Shown: one piece after another, positions 1 to 10,358 of the stretch
Layout: every line of letters begins with the position of its first letter
Position numbering within the stretch: position 1 is the stretch's first letter
Origin: an uncultured Nitrospirota bacterium
GTDB lineage: Bacteria; Nitrospirota; Thermodesulfovibrionia; Thermodesulfovibrionales; CALJEL01
DNA: 50,048 bases
NCBI GenBank assembly: GCA_947085365.1
Contig: CAMTWD010000009.1
Span: forward strand, 1-50,048
Reading direction: 5' to 3'
Notes under the pieces: generated by a model
What the model saw: the letters and a program-made list of their open reading frames with translations, nothing else
Told to the model about the DNA's origin: nothing
Databases searched by the model: none
Translations under genes and position numbers: made by a program

Positions 1-724
1 GGTCAAGGGTGCCATGGTCTATCCTGCTGTGGTCACGAGTATTGCTGTAATTGTTGTGGCAATCATAATGATCTTTGTCGTCCCCACATTTGCAAAGATG
101 TTTACCCAGATGGGAGGCACACTCCCCCTTCCAACCAAGATAGTAATAAATATAAGTCACTTTCTTGCTGGAAAAGGTGGTCTTTTAATACTCTTCTTTA
201 TTATACTCTCTGTTGTTGCCTTTACGAGATTTAGAAGAACAGAAAAGGGCAGATATATAACGGATTCCCTTTTTCTTAAGCTGCCTGTATTTGGCATCCT
301 CATCAGAAAGGTGGCTGTGGCGAAGTTTACGAGGACACTGGGCACACTTGTGGGAAGTGGGGTTCCCCTTCTTGATGCCTTGGAGATCACATCCAAGACA
401 GCAGGTAACAAGGTTATAGAATATGCAGTGAGGGATGTAAAAAAGGCTGTCTCAGAGGGTAAGACCTTGGCTGAACCCCTGATGAAATCAGGTGTCTTTC
501 CGCCCATGGTAACCCATATGATTGCCGTGGGTGAACAGACAGGAGCCCTTGACCAGATGCTCTCAAAGATAGCTGACTTTTACGATGATGAGGTTGATGC
601 AGCTGTCTCAAACCTGACAGCCATGATGGAACCAATGCTGATGGTATTTCTTGGGGGCACCGTGGGTTTCGTGGTTGTAGCCATGTATCTACCTATATTC
701 AGACTCATAGCCCTTATAAAGTGA
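1..724 (+). CDS. pilC: Type IV pilus assembly / T2SS platform protein, PilC/GspF family, C-terminal part (5' end lies outside the window)
   Basis: The reading frame is open to the window edge. It encodes a polytopic membrane protein with GspF-type segments (GVPLLDALEI, MIAVGEQTGALDQML, C-terminal YLPIF). A pilS/pilR-like pair follows. Confidence 0.8.
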   Translation, partial: VKGAMVYPAVVTSIAVIVVAIIMIFVVPTFAKMFTQMGGTLPLPTKIVINISHFLAGKGGLLILFFIILSVVAFTRFRRTEKGRYITDSLFLKLPVFGILIRKVAVAKFTRTLGTLVGSGVPLLDALEITSKTAGNKVIEYAVRDVKKAVSEGKTLAEPLMKSGVFPPMVTHMIAVGEQTGALDQMLSKIADFYDDEVDAAVSNLTAMMEPMLMVFLGGTVGFVVVAMYLPIFRLIALIK

Positions 725-2346
725 CAAAGGTTAAGGCCCTTATATTCTTCAGAATAGGTTTTACAATACTTCTTCTGGGCTCTTTCCTTCTTTTAAAGCT
801 ACACCCATCGCCCCTGCCCTACCATCATATGATAAAATATCTGGTTCTTAGCATATTTATCCTCAGTTTTATTTATCTCCTGATCCTCCCATATATTAAA
901 AACCTCAAGGCCTTTGCCTATCTCCAGCTCATCATCGACTCCCTCTTCATAATAGCCCTTATATTCATGACAGGGGGAGTGGAGAGCTGGTTTACCTTTC
1001 TCATGATTCTGAATGTTATAGCTGGTAGTATCGTGATAGGAAGGACTGGAGGGTTTATCATCGCCACAATCCTCAGCCTTTTATACGGCCTTCTGATAGA
1101 CCTTCAATTTTACAAAGTGATCCCCCTTGCCTTTGATCCATCTTTAAAAGTCTATCATTTTCTCTATAACATCTTTATCCATATATCAAGTCTCTATCTT
1201 GTAGCGTATCTTTCAGGTTATCTAACGAGCAGGCTTCAGATGACCTACCAAAGACTAAAAAGCACAGAGCATGATCTTTCAGAGCTCAGGGCATTGAATA
1301 CCATTATTGTGGAGAATGTCCCCAGTGGCATCGTTACAACCAATGGTGAGGGGAAGATAATCGCCTTTAATAGTTGCGCAGAGCTGATTACAGAGATACC
1401 CAGGAAAGAGGCAATAGGGAAGTCTATCTACGATATCTTTCCTTTTCTGAGAAATTCCCTTGAGACCCCTGAGCTTCGTATCAGGACCGAGGGGAGTATA
1501 AGGGTAAAGGGTGGTGAGAAGTTCATAGGAATAACCATTAATAAACTCAGACATCACGATACCTCCCGTAGTGGCGGAGTAACTGTTGGATTGATTGGAG
1601 TCTTTCAGGACCTTACAGAGATCAAAAAAGCAGAGGAGGATGCAAAGAGGAGGGAGAAGCTTGCTGCCATAGGTGAGCTTTCCCGCAATATTGCCCATGA
1701 GATAAGAAACCCCTTAGCATCTCTGAAGGGTTCTATTGAGATCCTTATGGAAGACAGGATATCCCCTGAACAGAAAAAGAGGCTTATGGAGATTGCCCTC
1801 AAGGAGATGGAGAGACTCAATAAGATAATAACAGACTTTCTCATTTATGCGAAACCATCTCCTCTGCGCATTAAGAATTTCAATCTGATAGATCTTATTG
1901 ATGAGGTAATATTCATCCTCCGGAGCTCACCAAAGGCTGAGGGAGTAATGATTGAACGAGACCTTTCACCTGAACTTAGTGGCGAACTGACAGGTGAAGG
2001 GATGCTGATATCAGGAGATGAGGCACAGCTCAAACAGGTATTCTTAAATCTTGGTTATAATGCCCTTGAGGCCTTAGAGAACCAGCCATTCGCAAAGAGA
2101 CTCAATATATCCATCCAGAGGGAGGGAGAATTTGTTACCGTATCCTTTAAGGATTCAGGTCCAGGAATAAGGGAAGAAGACATTGATAAGATCTTCTATC
2201 CCTTTTACTCCACAAAAGAGGATGGCAGCGGACTCGGCCTCTCCATTGCCTATAAGATCATAGAGGAACATCATGGTAAAATATCAGTAAGGAGTTCTCC
2301 AGAAGGGACTGTATTTGATGTAATGATACCAATGGTGGCGAAGTAA
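721..2346 (+). CDS. Membrane sensor histidine kinase (PilS-like): about 6 TM helices, PAS-like region, HisKA and HATPase_c
   Basis: GTG start overlaps the pilC stop. H-box NIAHEIRNPLASL, N-box LNLGYNALEA, G-boxes DSGPGI and GSGLGLSIA. Sits between pilC and a sigma54 response regulator. The stop codon lies inside a family-A motif copy. Confidence 0.85.
   Translation: MTKVKALIFFRIGFTILLLGSFLLLKLHPSPLPYHHMIKYLVLSIFILSFIYLLILPYIKNLKAFAYLQLIIDSLFIIALIFMTGGVESWFTFLMILNVIAGSIVIGRTGGFIIATILSLLYGLLIDLQFYKVIPLAFDPSLKVYHFLYNIFIHISSLYLVAYLSGYLTSRLQMTYQRLKSTEHDLSELRALNTIIVENVPSGIVTTNGEGKIIAFNSCAELITEIPRKEAIGKSIYDIFPFLRNSLETPELRIRTEGSIRVKGGEKFIGITINKLRHHDTSRSGGVTVGLIGVFQDLTEIKKAEEDAKRREKLAAIGELSRNIAHEIRNPLASLKGSIEILMEDRISPEQKKRLMEIALKEMERLNKIITDFLIYAKPSPLRIKNFNLIDLIDEVIFILRSSPKAEGVMIERDLSPELSGELTGEGMLISGDEAQLKQVFLNLGYNALEALENQPFAKRLNISIQREGEFVTVSFKDSGPGIREEDIDKIFYPFYSTKEDGSGLGLSIAYKIIEEHHGKISVRSSPEGTVFDVMIPMVAK
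1569..1586 (+). repeat. Family-A motif copy (tagtggcggagtaactgt), in frame in the pilS-like gene (SGGVTV)
   Basis: Matches the consensus nRGTGGCGARGTAACAGT with 2-3 substitutions. Confidence 0.6.
1976..1993 (+). repeat. Family-A motif copy, degenerate (ttagtggcgaactgacag), in frame in the pilS-like gene (LSGELTG)
   Basis: TTAGTGGCGA core intact, 3' half diverged. Confidence 0.45.
2332..2346 (+). repeat. Family-A motif copy that provides the pilS-like stop codon (atggtggcgaagTAA)
   Basis: GGTGGCGAAGTAA read as V-A-K-stop. Abuts family-C element copy A. Confidence 0.7.
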
Positions 2347-2491
2347 ATGAGGCTGAAGGCTGAAGGCGATAGGCTGAAGTTAAAGACAAAATAGGCTGAA
2401 GGCAGTAGGCTGAAGTTAAAAAATAATTTTTGTTTTTTCTTCAGCCTTAAGCCTATCTTCAGCCTTCAGCCTAAAGCCTTAAGCCTAATTT
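2345..2491. repeat. Family-C hairpin element, copy A (GGCTGAAGG / CCTTCAGCC arms), about 147 bp
   Basis: The left arm is built from AGGCTGAAG 9-mers and the right arm from the complementary CTTCAGCC/CTTAAGCC units, around an A/T-rich loop. Termini are AAATGAGGCT...AGCCTAATTT. Flanked by GGTGGCGA motif copies. Confidence 0.8.
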
Positions 2492-2505
2492 GGTGGCGAG
2501 ACCAG
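2491..2505 (+). repeat. Family-A motif, partial (tggtggcgagaccag)
   Basis: GGTGGCGAG core at the right flank of family-C copy A. Confidence 0.5.
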
Positions 2506-2516
2506 AGGGAGATAAT

Positions 2517-3872
2517 ATGAGTGCAAAGATCCTGATTGCAGAGGATGAAAAGGGGATGAGGGATGTCCTCGAGATATTCCTTCAGGAGGAGGGTTACCAG
2601 ACCTTCTCTGCAAAAGATGGCCTTGAGGCAATGGGGATGCTTGAAAGGGACATCTATGACCTCGTTATTACAGACATAAAGATGCCCGGTGCAGACGGTT
2701 TTGAGGTTCTCAAAAAGATAAAAGAGATCTCTCCCCATACAGTAGTAATAATGATCACTGCCTACGGAACAACAGAGTCTGCCATTGAGGCCATAAGGCT
2801 CGGTGCCTATGATTACATAGAGAAACCCTTCAAGATAGAAGAGATTAGGGTCGTCGTCAAAAGGGCTCTGGAAAGGAGAAGATTTACTTCAAGGCTTTCT
2901 CTCCTTTCTGAGAGGCTTAAACCTCAGCAGTGGTTGTGTGAGATCATTTATACAAGCGAAAAGATGAAGGCATTAATGGATACCCTTCCGAAGATTGCCC
3001 AGACGAGTTCCAATGTCCTTATCACTGGAGAAAGTGGTGTGGGTAAGGAACTCATTGCCAGGACACTCCACAGATTGAGTAACAGGGCAGGGAAGGAGTT
3101 CGTTGCCATCAACTGTGCAGCCTTTCCAGAGGGCCTCTTAGAGAGTGAGCTTTTTGGACACATGAAGGGTGCCTTCACAGATGCCCATTATAACAAACAG
3201 GGACTCTTCGAGATCGCCGATGGAGGAACCATATTCCTCGATGAGGTGGGAGATATGCCCCTGAGCCTTCAGGCAAAGCTTCTCAGGGTGATAGAGAACG
3301 GCACATTCAGAAGGGTTGGAGGAGTCACAGATATAAAGGTGGATGTGAGGATCATTGCTGCTACAAATAAGGATCTTAAAAAGGAGATAGAAGAGGGAAG
3401 ATTCAGGGAGGATCTCTATTACCGATTGAATGTTATACCTGTTCATATTCCACCTCTGAGGGAAAGAAGAGAGGATATACCCCTTCTGGCAGGGCATTTT
3501 ATAAAGAAGTATGCTCCCTCAAAGAGATTGACAGAGGAGGCCCTTGAGGCCCTGAAAGATTATTCCTGGAGGGGGAATGTGAGGGAACTGGAAAATGTCA
3601 TAGAGAGGGTCTGCCTGCTGAGTCAATCTGACGAGATAACTGTAAAGGATCTTCCTCCTGAGATTGTAATGGATGCAAAGAAAAAGACCCTGATTCCTGA
3701 ATTAACTCCAGAGGGCATAAATCTTGACAGGCTTGTAGAGGAGATTGAAAAGGAGTACATAATAAAGGCACTCAAGCTCACAGGTAATACAAAGGTAGAG
3801 GCAGCAAGACTGCTGGGTCTCTCCTTCCGATCCTTCAGGTATAGATTAAAAAAATACAATATAGAGTTATAG
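2517..3872 (+). CDS. Sigma-54-dependent response regulator (PilR/NtrC family)
   Basis: Receiver domain (ILIAEDE, ITDIKMPG). AAA+ sigma54-interaction domain (GESGVGKE, ESELFGHMKGAFTDA). C-terminal Fis-type HTH (KVEAARLLGLSFRSFRYRLKK). ATG at 2517 follows AGGGAG. The ORF-track start at 2490 lies inside a repeat. Confidence 0.9.
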   Translation: MSAKILIAEDEKGMRDVLEIFLQEEGYQTFSAKDGLEAMGMLERDIYDLVITDIKMPGADGFEVLKKIKEISPHTVVIMITAYGTTESAIEAIRLGAYDYIEKPFKIEEIRVVVKRALERRRFTSRLSLLSERLKPQQWLCEIIYTSEKMKALMDTLPKIAQTSSNVLITGESGVGKELIARTLHRLSNRAGKEFVAINCAAFPEGLLESELFGHMKGAFTDAHYNKQGLFEIADGGTIFLDEVGDMPLSLQAKLLRVIENGTFRRVGGVTDIKVDVRIIAATNKDLKKEIEEGRFREDLYYRLNVIPVHIPPLRERREDIPLLAGHFIKKYAPSKRLTEEALEALKDYSWRGNVRELENVIERVCLLSQSDEITVKDLPPEIVMDAKKKTLIPELTPEGINLDRLVEEIEKEYIIKALKLTGNTKVEAARLLGLSFRSFRYRLKKYNIEL

Positions 3873-4655
3873 AATCCTTTCAGGATGGGTATAGATATTA
3901 AATCTATCCCCTCTCATAAATCCTACAACTGTCATGCCAGCCTTTTCGGCGATGTCGAGTGCCCTTGTTGTGGGAGCCGTCCTAGAGACCACAAGGGGTA
4001 TTGACCATCGTGCACACTTACTGATCATCTCAGAAGAGAGTCTTCCACTGGCAAACATTATCTTACCGCCGAGTTTTATATCCTCAAGGACTGCATACCC
4101 GATAACCTTATCTATAGCATTGTGTCTTCCTATATCCTCAGCAAAGGCAATCAATATCCTTCCATCAGAAAGGGCTGCACTGTGGATACAACCTGTGGAT
4201 TTATATAGATCTGACCTCATCTGGAATTCATTGAATAGATTCTTCAATACTTCAGGCCTAACCCTTAAGTCCTTGTATCCTACATCCCTGATCTCCTTTT
4301 TCTCAAAGGTAACCCCTCCTGCACAACCAGAGGTAATTGTTACCTCGCCACCAAGTGCTGTTACCTCGCCACTAAGTTCAGATACCACATCCACCACTAT
4401 CTCCTCTCCGTAAACTATCTCCATCCTCTCAGCACACCAGGAGCCTTTAATAATCTCCTCTGTAAGGAGAAGTCCCACCACGAGCTCCCTCACCATCAGA
4501 GGTGTGCAATAGAGCCTCAATAGATCCCTGCCATTAACCTTTATCCTCAGGGCCTTCTCCACAGCAACAGGGTCTTCCATCTCTTCAAAGATAACATCCT
4601 TCTCCTTCAGTCTTACCCTCTTTACCTTTCTCTTCAATGTAGCATTCATCGCCAA
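3867..4655 (-). CDS. fdhD: Formate dehydrogenase accessory sulfurtransferase FdhD family protein
   Basis: Signature EDIGRHNAIDKVIGY, SGRLSSEMISK, VSRTAPTTRALDIAEKAG, NIYTHPERI. Carries two tandem 21-nt family-A copies in frame (SGEVTALGGEVTI). Confidence 0.85.
   Translation of the reverse strand: MAMNATLKRKVKRVRLKEKDVIFEEMEDPVAVEKALRIKVNGRDLLRLYCTPLMVRELVVGLLLTEEIIKGSWCAERMEIVYGEEIVVDVVSELSGEVTALGGEVTITSGCAGGVTFEKKEIRDVGYKDLRVRPEVLKNLFNEFQMRSDLYKSTGCIHSAALSDGRILIAFAEDIGRHNAIDKVIGYAVLEDIKLGGKIMFASGRLSSEMISKCARWSIPLVVSRTAPTTRALDIAEKAGMTVVGFMRGDRFNIYTHPERIL
4336..4377 (-). repeat. Two tandem 21-nt family-A copies inside fdhD
   Basis: attgttacctcgccaccaagt + gctgttacctcgccactaagt, read on the gene strand as SGEVTALGGEVTI. 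Confidence 0.9.
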
Positions 4656-4663
4656 CTCCTAAT

Positions 4664-5326
4664 TTACTTTCCTATGGGTTTTACAGGACAGTCTTCACAC
4701 AATGGTTTGGGTTTACAGAACTCCTTTCCAAGTCTCACCAGTAGGGCATGGTATTCATTGTATATAGCTGGATCAGGTTCGATGGCATGATGAAAGAGAC
4801 TCTGTATCTCTGAATAATCAGCCTTGCTCTCAATTATTCCATGTCTTATGAGAAATCTCTTTGTGTAGGCGTCAACAACAAAGATCGGTCTGTTGAGGGC
4901 ATAAAGAAGGATGGAGTCTGCTGTTTCTGGTCCTATCCCGTCAACATGGAGGAGTCTGCTTCTGAGATATTGAAGATCGCAGGAATGCATATTCTCCATT
5001 TTACCATCGAATTCCTCAATAAGAAATTTTATAAAGGACTTGAGTCTCTCTGCCTTTATATTGAAATACCCAGCAGGCCTGATGAGCCTTGCAAGGCTAT
5101 CCTTATCGAGGTGGTATAATCTCTCGGGTGAAAGGAGCCCCCTCTCTTTTAGATTATTTATTGCCTTCTCCACATTCTTCCAGTTTGTATTCTGGGTCAG
5201 TATTGCCCCCACTGCAACCTCAAAGGGGGATTCGGCAGGCCACCAGTGCTGTGGTCCAAAGGTGGTATAGAGCCTAACGAATACACTTCTTAAAAATCTC
5301 TTTGTAGTTCTATTGTCTTTTGGCAT
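4664..5326 (-). CDS. Endonuclease III-related HhH-GPD base-excision repair protein
   Basis: HhH-GPD features (ILTQNTNW, GIGPETADSILLYAL) and a C-terminal Cys cluster CKPKPLCEDCPV. The ATG at 5326 is preferred. The ORF track extends to a TTG at 5362, which would overlap the serS start. Confidence 0.75.
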   Translation of the reverse strand: MPKDNRTTKRFLRSVFVRLYTTFGPQHWWPAESPFEVAVGAILTQNTNWKNVEKAINNLKERGLLSPERLYHLDKDSLARLIRPAGYFNIKAERLKSFIKFLIEEFDGKMENMHSCDLQYLRSRLLHVDGIGPETADSILLYALNRPIFVVDAYTKRFLIRHGIIESKADYSEIQSLFHHAIEPDPAIYNEYHALLVRLGKEFCKPKPLCEDCPVKPIGK

Positions 5327-5343
5327 ATATTTTGTTATTTTAA

Positions 5344-6696
<1,353 letters not shown>

Positions 6697-7617
6697 GTGA
6701 GGATATACCCTGATATATTAAGACTCATAGGCAACACACCCCTTGTAAGGCTCAGAAGACTTCCTGATCCTGATGGGGCTGAGGTCTATGCAAAACTGGA
6801 GGGATTTAATCCTGGCGGCTCTGTAAAAGACAGGATTGCCCTCAATATGATTGAATGGGCTGAAAGGGAAGGGAGGCTTCAGCCTGGCGGGACAATCATT
6901 GAACCCACCAGTGGGAATACAGGGATTGGCCTTGCCCTTGTCTGTGCTGTAAAGGGCTATAGACTCATTCTTACCATGCCCGAAAGCATGTCCATTGAAA
7001 GGCGGCAGATCTTTACAGCCTATGGAGCAGAGTTGATATTAACACCAGCAGAGCGCGGTATGCTTGGAGCTCTGGAAAAGGCAGAGGAGATATATCTTAA
7101 AAACAGAGACTATTTTATGCCCCAGCAATTTGAGAACCCTGCTAATCCTGATGCCCATAGAAAGACAACCGCCTTAGAGATCATTAATGACCTTGGAGGT
7201 GTGCCCGACGCCTTTGTTGCTGGTGTTGGTACAGGAGGCACAATTACTGGTGTGGGAGAGGTCTTTAAAGAAAGGAGGAGGGATGTACTGATTGTGGCAG
7301 TAGAGCCTGCTGGCTCACCAGTACTTTCAGGGGGTAATCCAGGAAGACACAGGATCGCTGGTATCGGAGCCGGATTTTTTCCTGGCGTCCTTAATACAAA
7401 GATATATGATGAGATTATCCCTGTAACAGATGAGGATGCTGAGGAGACCTCCAGAAGACTTGCAAGGGTTGAAGGGATTCTTGCGGGGATCTCTTCAGGT
7501 GCAGCCCTCTGGGCTGCCCTCAGGGTTGCAAAACGGCTCGGTAAGGGAAAGAGATTGGTGGTAATCCTGCCCGACAGGGGTGACAGGTATCTGAGCACAG
7601 GGATATTTAATCAATAA
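6697..7617 (+). CDS. cysK: Cysteine synthase A (O-acetylserine sulfhydrylase)
   Basis: PLP-enzyme motifs [32 protein letters not shown] start directly after the serS stop. Confidence 0.9.
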   Translation: MRIYPDILRLIGNTPLVRLRRLPDPDGAEVYAKLEGFNPGGSVKDRIALNMIEWAEREGRLQPGGTIIEPTSGNTGIGLALVCAVKGYRLILTMPESMSIERRQIFTAYGAELILTPAERGMLGALEKAEEIYLKNRDYFMPQQFENPANPDAHRKTTALEIINDLGGVPDAFVAGVGTGGTITGVGEVFKERRRDVLIVAVEPAGSPVLSGGNPGRHRIAGIGAGFFPGVLNTKIYDEIIPVTDEDAEETSRRLARVEGILAGISSGAALWAALRVAKRLGKGKRLVVILPDRGDRYLSTGIFNQ

Positions 7618-7618
7618 T

Positions 7619-8251
7619 ATGTTCATTGTCCTTATTGGTGGAGGCTATAGTGGTTGTGGAAAGACTACCTTCGGAACAGGTCTTCTGAGACTCCTTGGAA
7701 AGGGATGGGGGGTTATAAAGTACACAAAGACGGCATTCTCCTCCACAATCGTCTCCAGGTCTGATATACTTAAGATTCATGGTAAGGATACTGCAAGATA
7801 CCTTGAGGCAGGTGCTGAGAAGGTCCTCTGGCTACAGGGCCATCCCGAAGGACTTAAAGAGGCCCTCTTCAAGGGCTTAAAGAGGCTCTCTTCTTGTAGG
7901 GGAGTTATCATTGAAGGCAATACCCCAATTGAGTTTTTAACTCCTGATGTTGTAGTATTTGTAGAGGGAGAGAAGGGGTCTGCCAAGTCATCAGCAGAAA
8001 AGGTAAGGATAAAGGCCCATATAATCGTAAAGGGTCCAGATATGGAAAGGGCGATGAGGGATGCGAGGGATCTTATTGAGAAGAGGCTTTCTGCAAAAGA
8101 AGAGCTTATTAAAAAGGCTGTAAATAAAAGGATTCCCTGTAGGGTTGCCAGGCTTATTGCTGAGAGCCACGGCCTTAACTACAGGGATATCGGTGAAATG
8201 GCTGATGCCTTGGGCATCAAGATTACAGATTGTGAACTGGGATGTTTTTAA
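7619..8251 (+). CDS. MobB-like P-loop protein with an extra C-terminal Cys-containing domain
   Basis: N-terminal GGGYSGCGKTT Walker A and HGKDTARYLEAGAEKV resemble MobB. The C-terminal 45 aa (IPCRVARLIAESHGLNYRDIGEMADALGIKITDCELGCF) is an additional small domain that I cannot name. Confidence 0.5.
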   Translation: MFIVLIGGGYSGCGKTTFGTGLLRLLGKGWGVIKYTKTAFSSTIVSRSDILKIHGKDTARYLEAGAEKVLWLQGHPEGLKEALFKGLKRLSSCRGVIIEGNTPIEFLTPDVVVFVEGEKGSAKSSAEKVRIKAHIIVKGPDMERAMRDARDLIEKRLSAKEELIKKAVNKRIPCRVARLIAESHGLNYRDIGEMADALGIKITDCELGCF

Positions 8252-8259
8252 TTTAAGGG

Positions 8260-9072
8260 ATGGGGCTCATATTATTTGAGATTGCCTTGACATTTTATTT
8301 TGCCGGGGCCATAGTGAGTATCGTGGAACTCTGGATGGGCTCACGGGCGACCTCAAAACCTGTTATCTATATTGCTGGTGCTGGCTTTATATTTCATACC
8401 CTCTCCATCATCATGAGATACATCCAGGGTGGTTATCTACCAATTACGAACCTTCACGAGGCATCTTCCTTTTATGCGTGGTCAGTGCTTTTGCTCTTCT
8501 TTTTCCTGCAGGCAAGATACAGACCAGGACTTCTGGGATGCTTTGTAATGCCCCTTGTATTTCTGCTCATGCTCTCATCCTCCATGCTTCCCAGGGAGCT
8601 GAGGCCTCTTAATCCTATATTACAGAGTTACTGGTTACCTGTCCATACAATCCTTGCCTTTGTAGGTAACGCTGCCTTTGCCCTTTCCTTTGTTATCGGC
8701 ATAATGTATCTTATCCAGGAGCATTATCTCAAGTCCAAACATCCATCAGGAATCTTCTCGAGATTACCAAGTCTTCAAACCCTTGATGAGATCAATTACA
8801 GGATGATCACCTTGGGCTTTCCACTGTTGAGCCTTGCAATCATTACAGGTGCTGTATGGTCTGAGACAGCCTTCGGAACATACTGGAGGTGGGATCCAAA
8901 AGAGACCTGGTCACTTATAACATGGTTTATTTATGCATTACTCCTTCACGCCCGCCTCATCTCGGGCTGGAGGGGAAGGAGGGCAGCCCTTTTAAGTATC
9001 ATGGGTTTTGCAATGGTGATCTTCACATTTTTTGGAGTAAGTCTGATCTTTAAGACATATCACAAATTCTAA
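8260..9072 (+). CDS. ccsA: Cytochrome c assembly protein CcsA/HemX-type
   Basis: Polytopic membrane protein with a Trp-rich heme-handling motif (TYWRWDPKETWSLITW). Located directly upstream of hemA, as hemX is in many bacteria. Confidence 0.8.
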   Translation: MGLILFEIALTFYFAGAIVSIVELWMGSRATSKPVIYIAGAGFIFHTLSIIMRYIQGGYLPITNLHEASSFYAWSVLLLFFFLQARYRPGLLGCFVMPLVFLLMLSSSMLPRELRPLNPILQSYWLPVHTILAFVGNAAFALSFVIGIMYLIQEHYLKSKHPSGIFSRLPSLQTLDEINYRMITLGFPLLSLAIITGAVWSETAFGTYWRWDPKETWSLITWFIYALLLHARLISGWRGRRAALLSIMGFAMVIFTFFGVSLIFKTYHKF

Positions 9073-9081
9073 AAGGAAACC

Positions 9082-10344
9082 GTGATTACCGTAATAGGCC
9101 TGAATCATAAAACAGCTGATATAGAGGTAAGGGAAAAACTTGCCTTTAATGGCCCAAAGCTTGAGGAGGGCTTGAGGAGGCTTTACAATCTTCCAGGTAT
9201 AAAGGAGGTATTTATCATCTCCACCTGTAACAGGGTTGAGTTATATTACCATTCCAGTAAAGATGTTAGCCCGGAGGTCATTAAATTCCTTGCAGGGTTT
9301 CACAACATCCCTCAAGAGAGTCTTGAAAAGGGGATTTACATATTGAATGACCTCGAGGCAGCAAGACATCTCTTCAGGGTTGCCTCCAGTCTTGATTCCA
9401 TGGTGGTTGGTGAACCCCAGATCCTCGGACAGGTAAAGGAGGCCTTCCAGTTTGCCTTAAATAAAAAGACAACAGGTCTTATACTTAATACCCTTGTAAA
9501 AAAGGCAATCTCTGCTGCAAAAAGGGTGAGGACAGAGACAAAGATTGCGGAGAATGCCGTATCCATAAGCTATGCTGCTGTGGAGCTGGCAAAAAAGATA
9601 TTTGAGGATCTTTCCACCAAGAGCTTCATGCTTCTTGGAGCTGGTGAGATGGCAGAGCTTGCAGCAAGGCACCTCATATCAAATGGTGTAAGGTCTGTAA
9701 CTGTGGCAAACAGGACATACGAAAGGGGTTGTGAGCTTGCTAAGGAATTCAATGGAAGGGCTATAAGATTTGAAGACTTCCCCCGGGAGCTCGTTCATAC
9801 AGATATCGTAATCTGCTCAACAGGTGCACCAGGTTATGTGCTGACAAAAGAAGAGATGAATCGGATTATGAAGGAGAGAAAGCAGAGGCCAGTATTCCTC
9901 ATAGACATCTCTGTTCCAAGGAATATTGATCCCTCCATCAATGAGATAGAAAATGTCTATCTTTATGATATTGATGACCTGCAGGGTGTGGTGGATTCTA
10001 ATCGCATGGAGAGGCAGAAAGAGGCTGCCCTTGCAGAGGAGATAATAAAAGAGGAGGTGGAAAAGTTTCAGAGGTGGCTCTCATCCCTTGACTCTGTCCC
10101 TACGATTATTGCCTTACGGAAATGGGCAGAGGATATAAAGGAGGAAGAGCTTAAAGACTTCTTTAATAGATTCCCCTCGCTCGATGAAAAAGAGAAAAAG
10201 GCAGTGATACAACTTGCCAATACAATTGTGAACAAACTGATCCATCCCCCTACAGTTGCCCTCAAATCTGATTCAGAAGATAGAGAGATCCTGATTGCTA
10301 CCATAAAAAGGCTCTACTCCCTTGATGAGGATATGGATGAGTAA
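9082..10344 (+). CDS. hemA: Glutamyl-tRNA reductase
   Basis: STCNRVELY active-site region, GEPQILGQVK, NADPH-binding LLGAGEMAEL. GTG start. Followed by hemC. Confidence 0.95.
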   Translation: MITVIGLNHKTADIEVREKLAFNGPKLEEGLRRLYNLPGIKEVFIISTCNRVELYYHSSKDVSPEVIKFLAGFHNIPQESLEKGIYILNDLEAARHLFRVASSLDSMVVGEPQILGQVKEAFQFALNKKTTGLILNTLVKKAISAAKRVRTETKIAENAVSISYAAVELAKKIFEDLSTKSFMLLGAGEMAELAARHLISNGVRSVTVANRTYERGCELAKEFNGRAIRFEDFPRELVHTDIVICSTGAPGYVLTKEEMNRIMKERKQRPVFLIDISVPRNIDPSINEIENVYLYDIDDLQGVVDSNRMERQKEAALAEEIIKEEVEKFQRWLSSLDSVPTIIALRKWAEDIKEEELKDFFNRFPSLDEKEKKAVIQLANTIVNKLIHPPTVALKSDSEDREILIATIKRLYSLDEDMDE

Positions 10345-10358
10345 TGAAAGGAGAATCC

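Noticed and set aside
2347-2394. Mini-ORFs start at the ATG just after GGCGAGGTAA in repeats: ATGAGGCTGAAGG... here, and ATGAGGTTTGGC... at 19242-19289.
   Set aside because: They are only about 15 codons long, are composed entirely of repeat sequence, and have no independent support. They are most likely a by-product of the repeat consensus, although the recurring GGCGAGGTAA(n)ATGAGG arrangement is noted.
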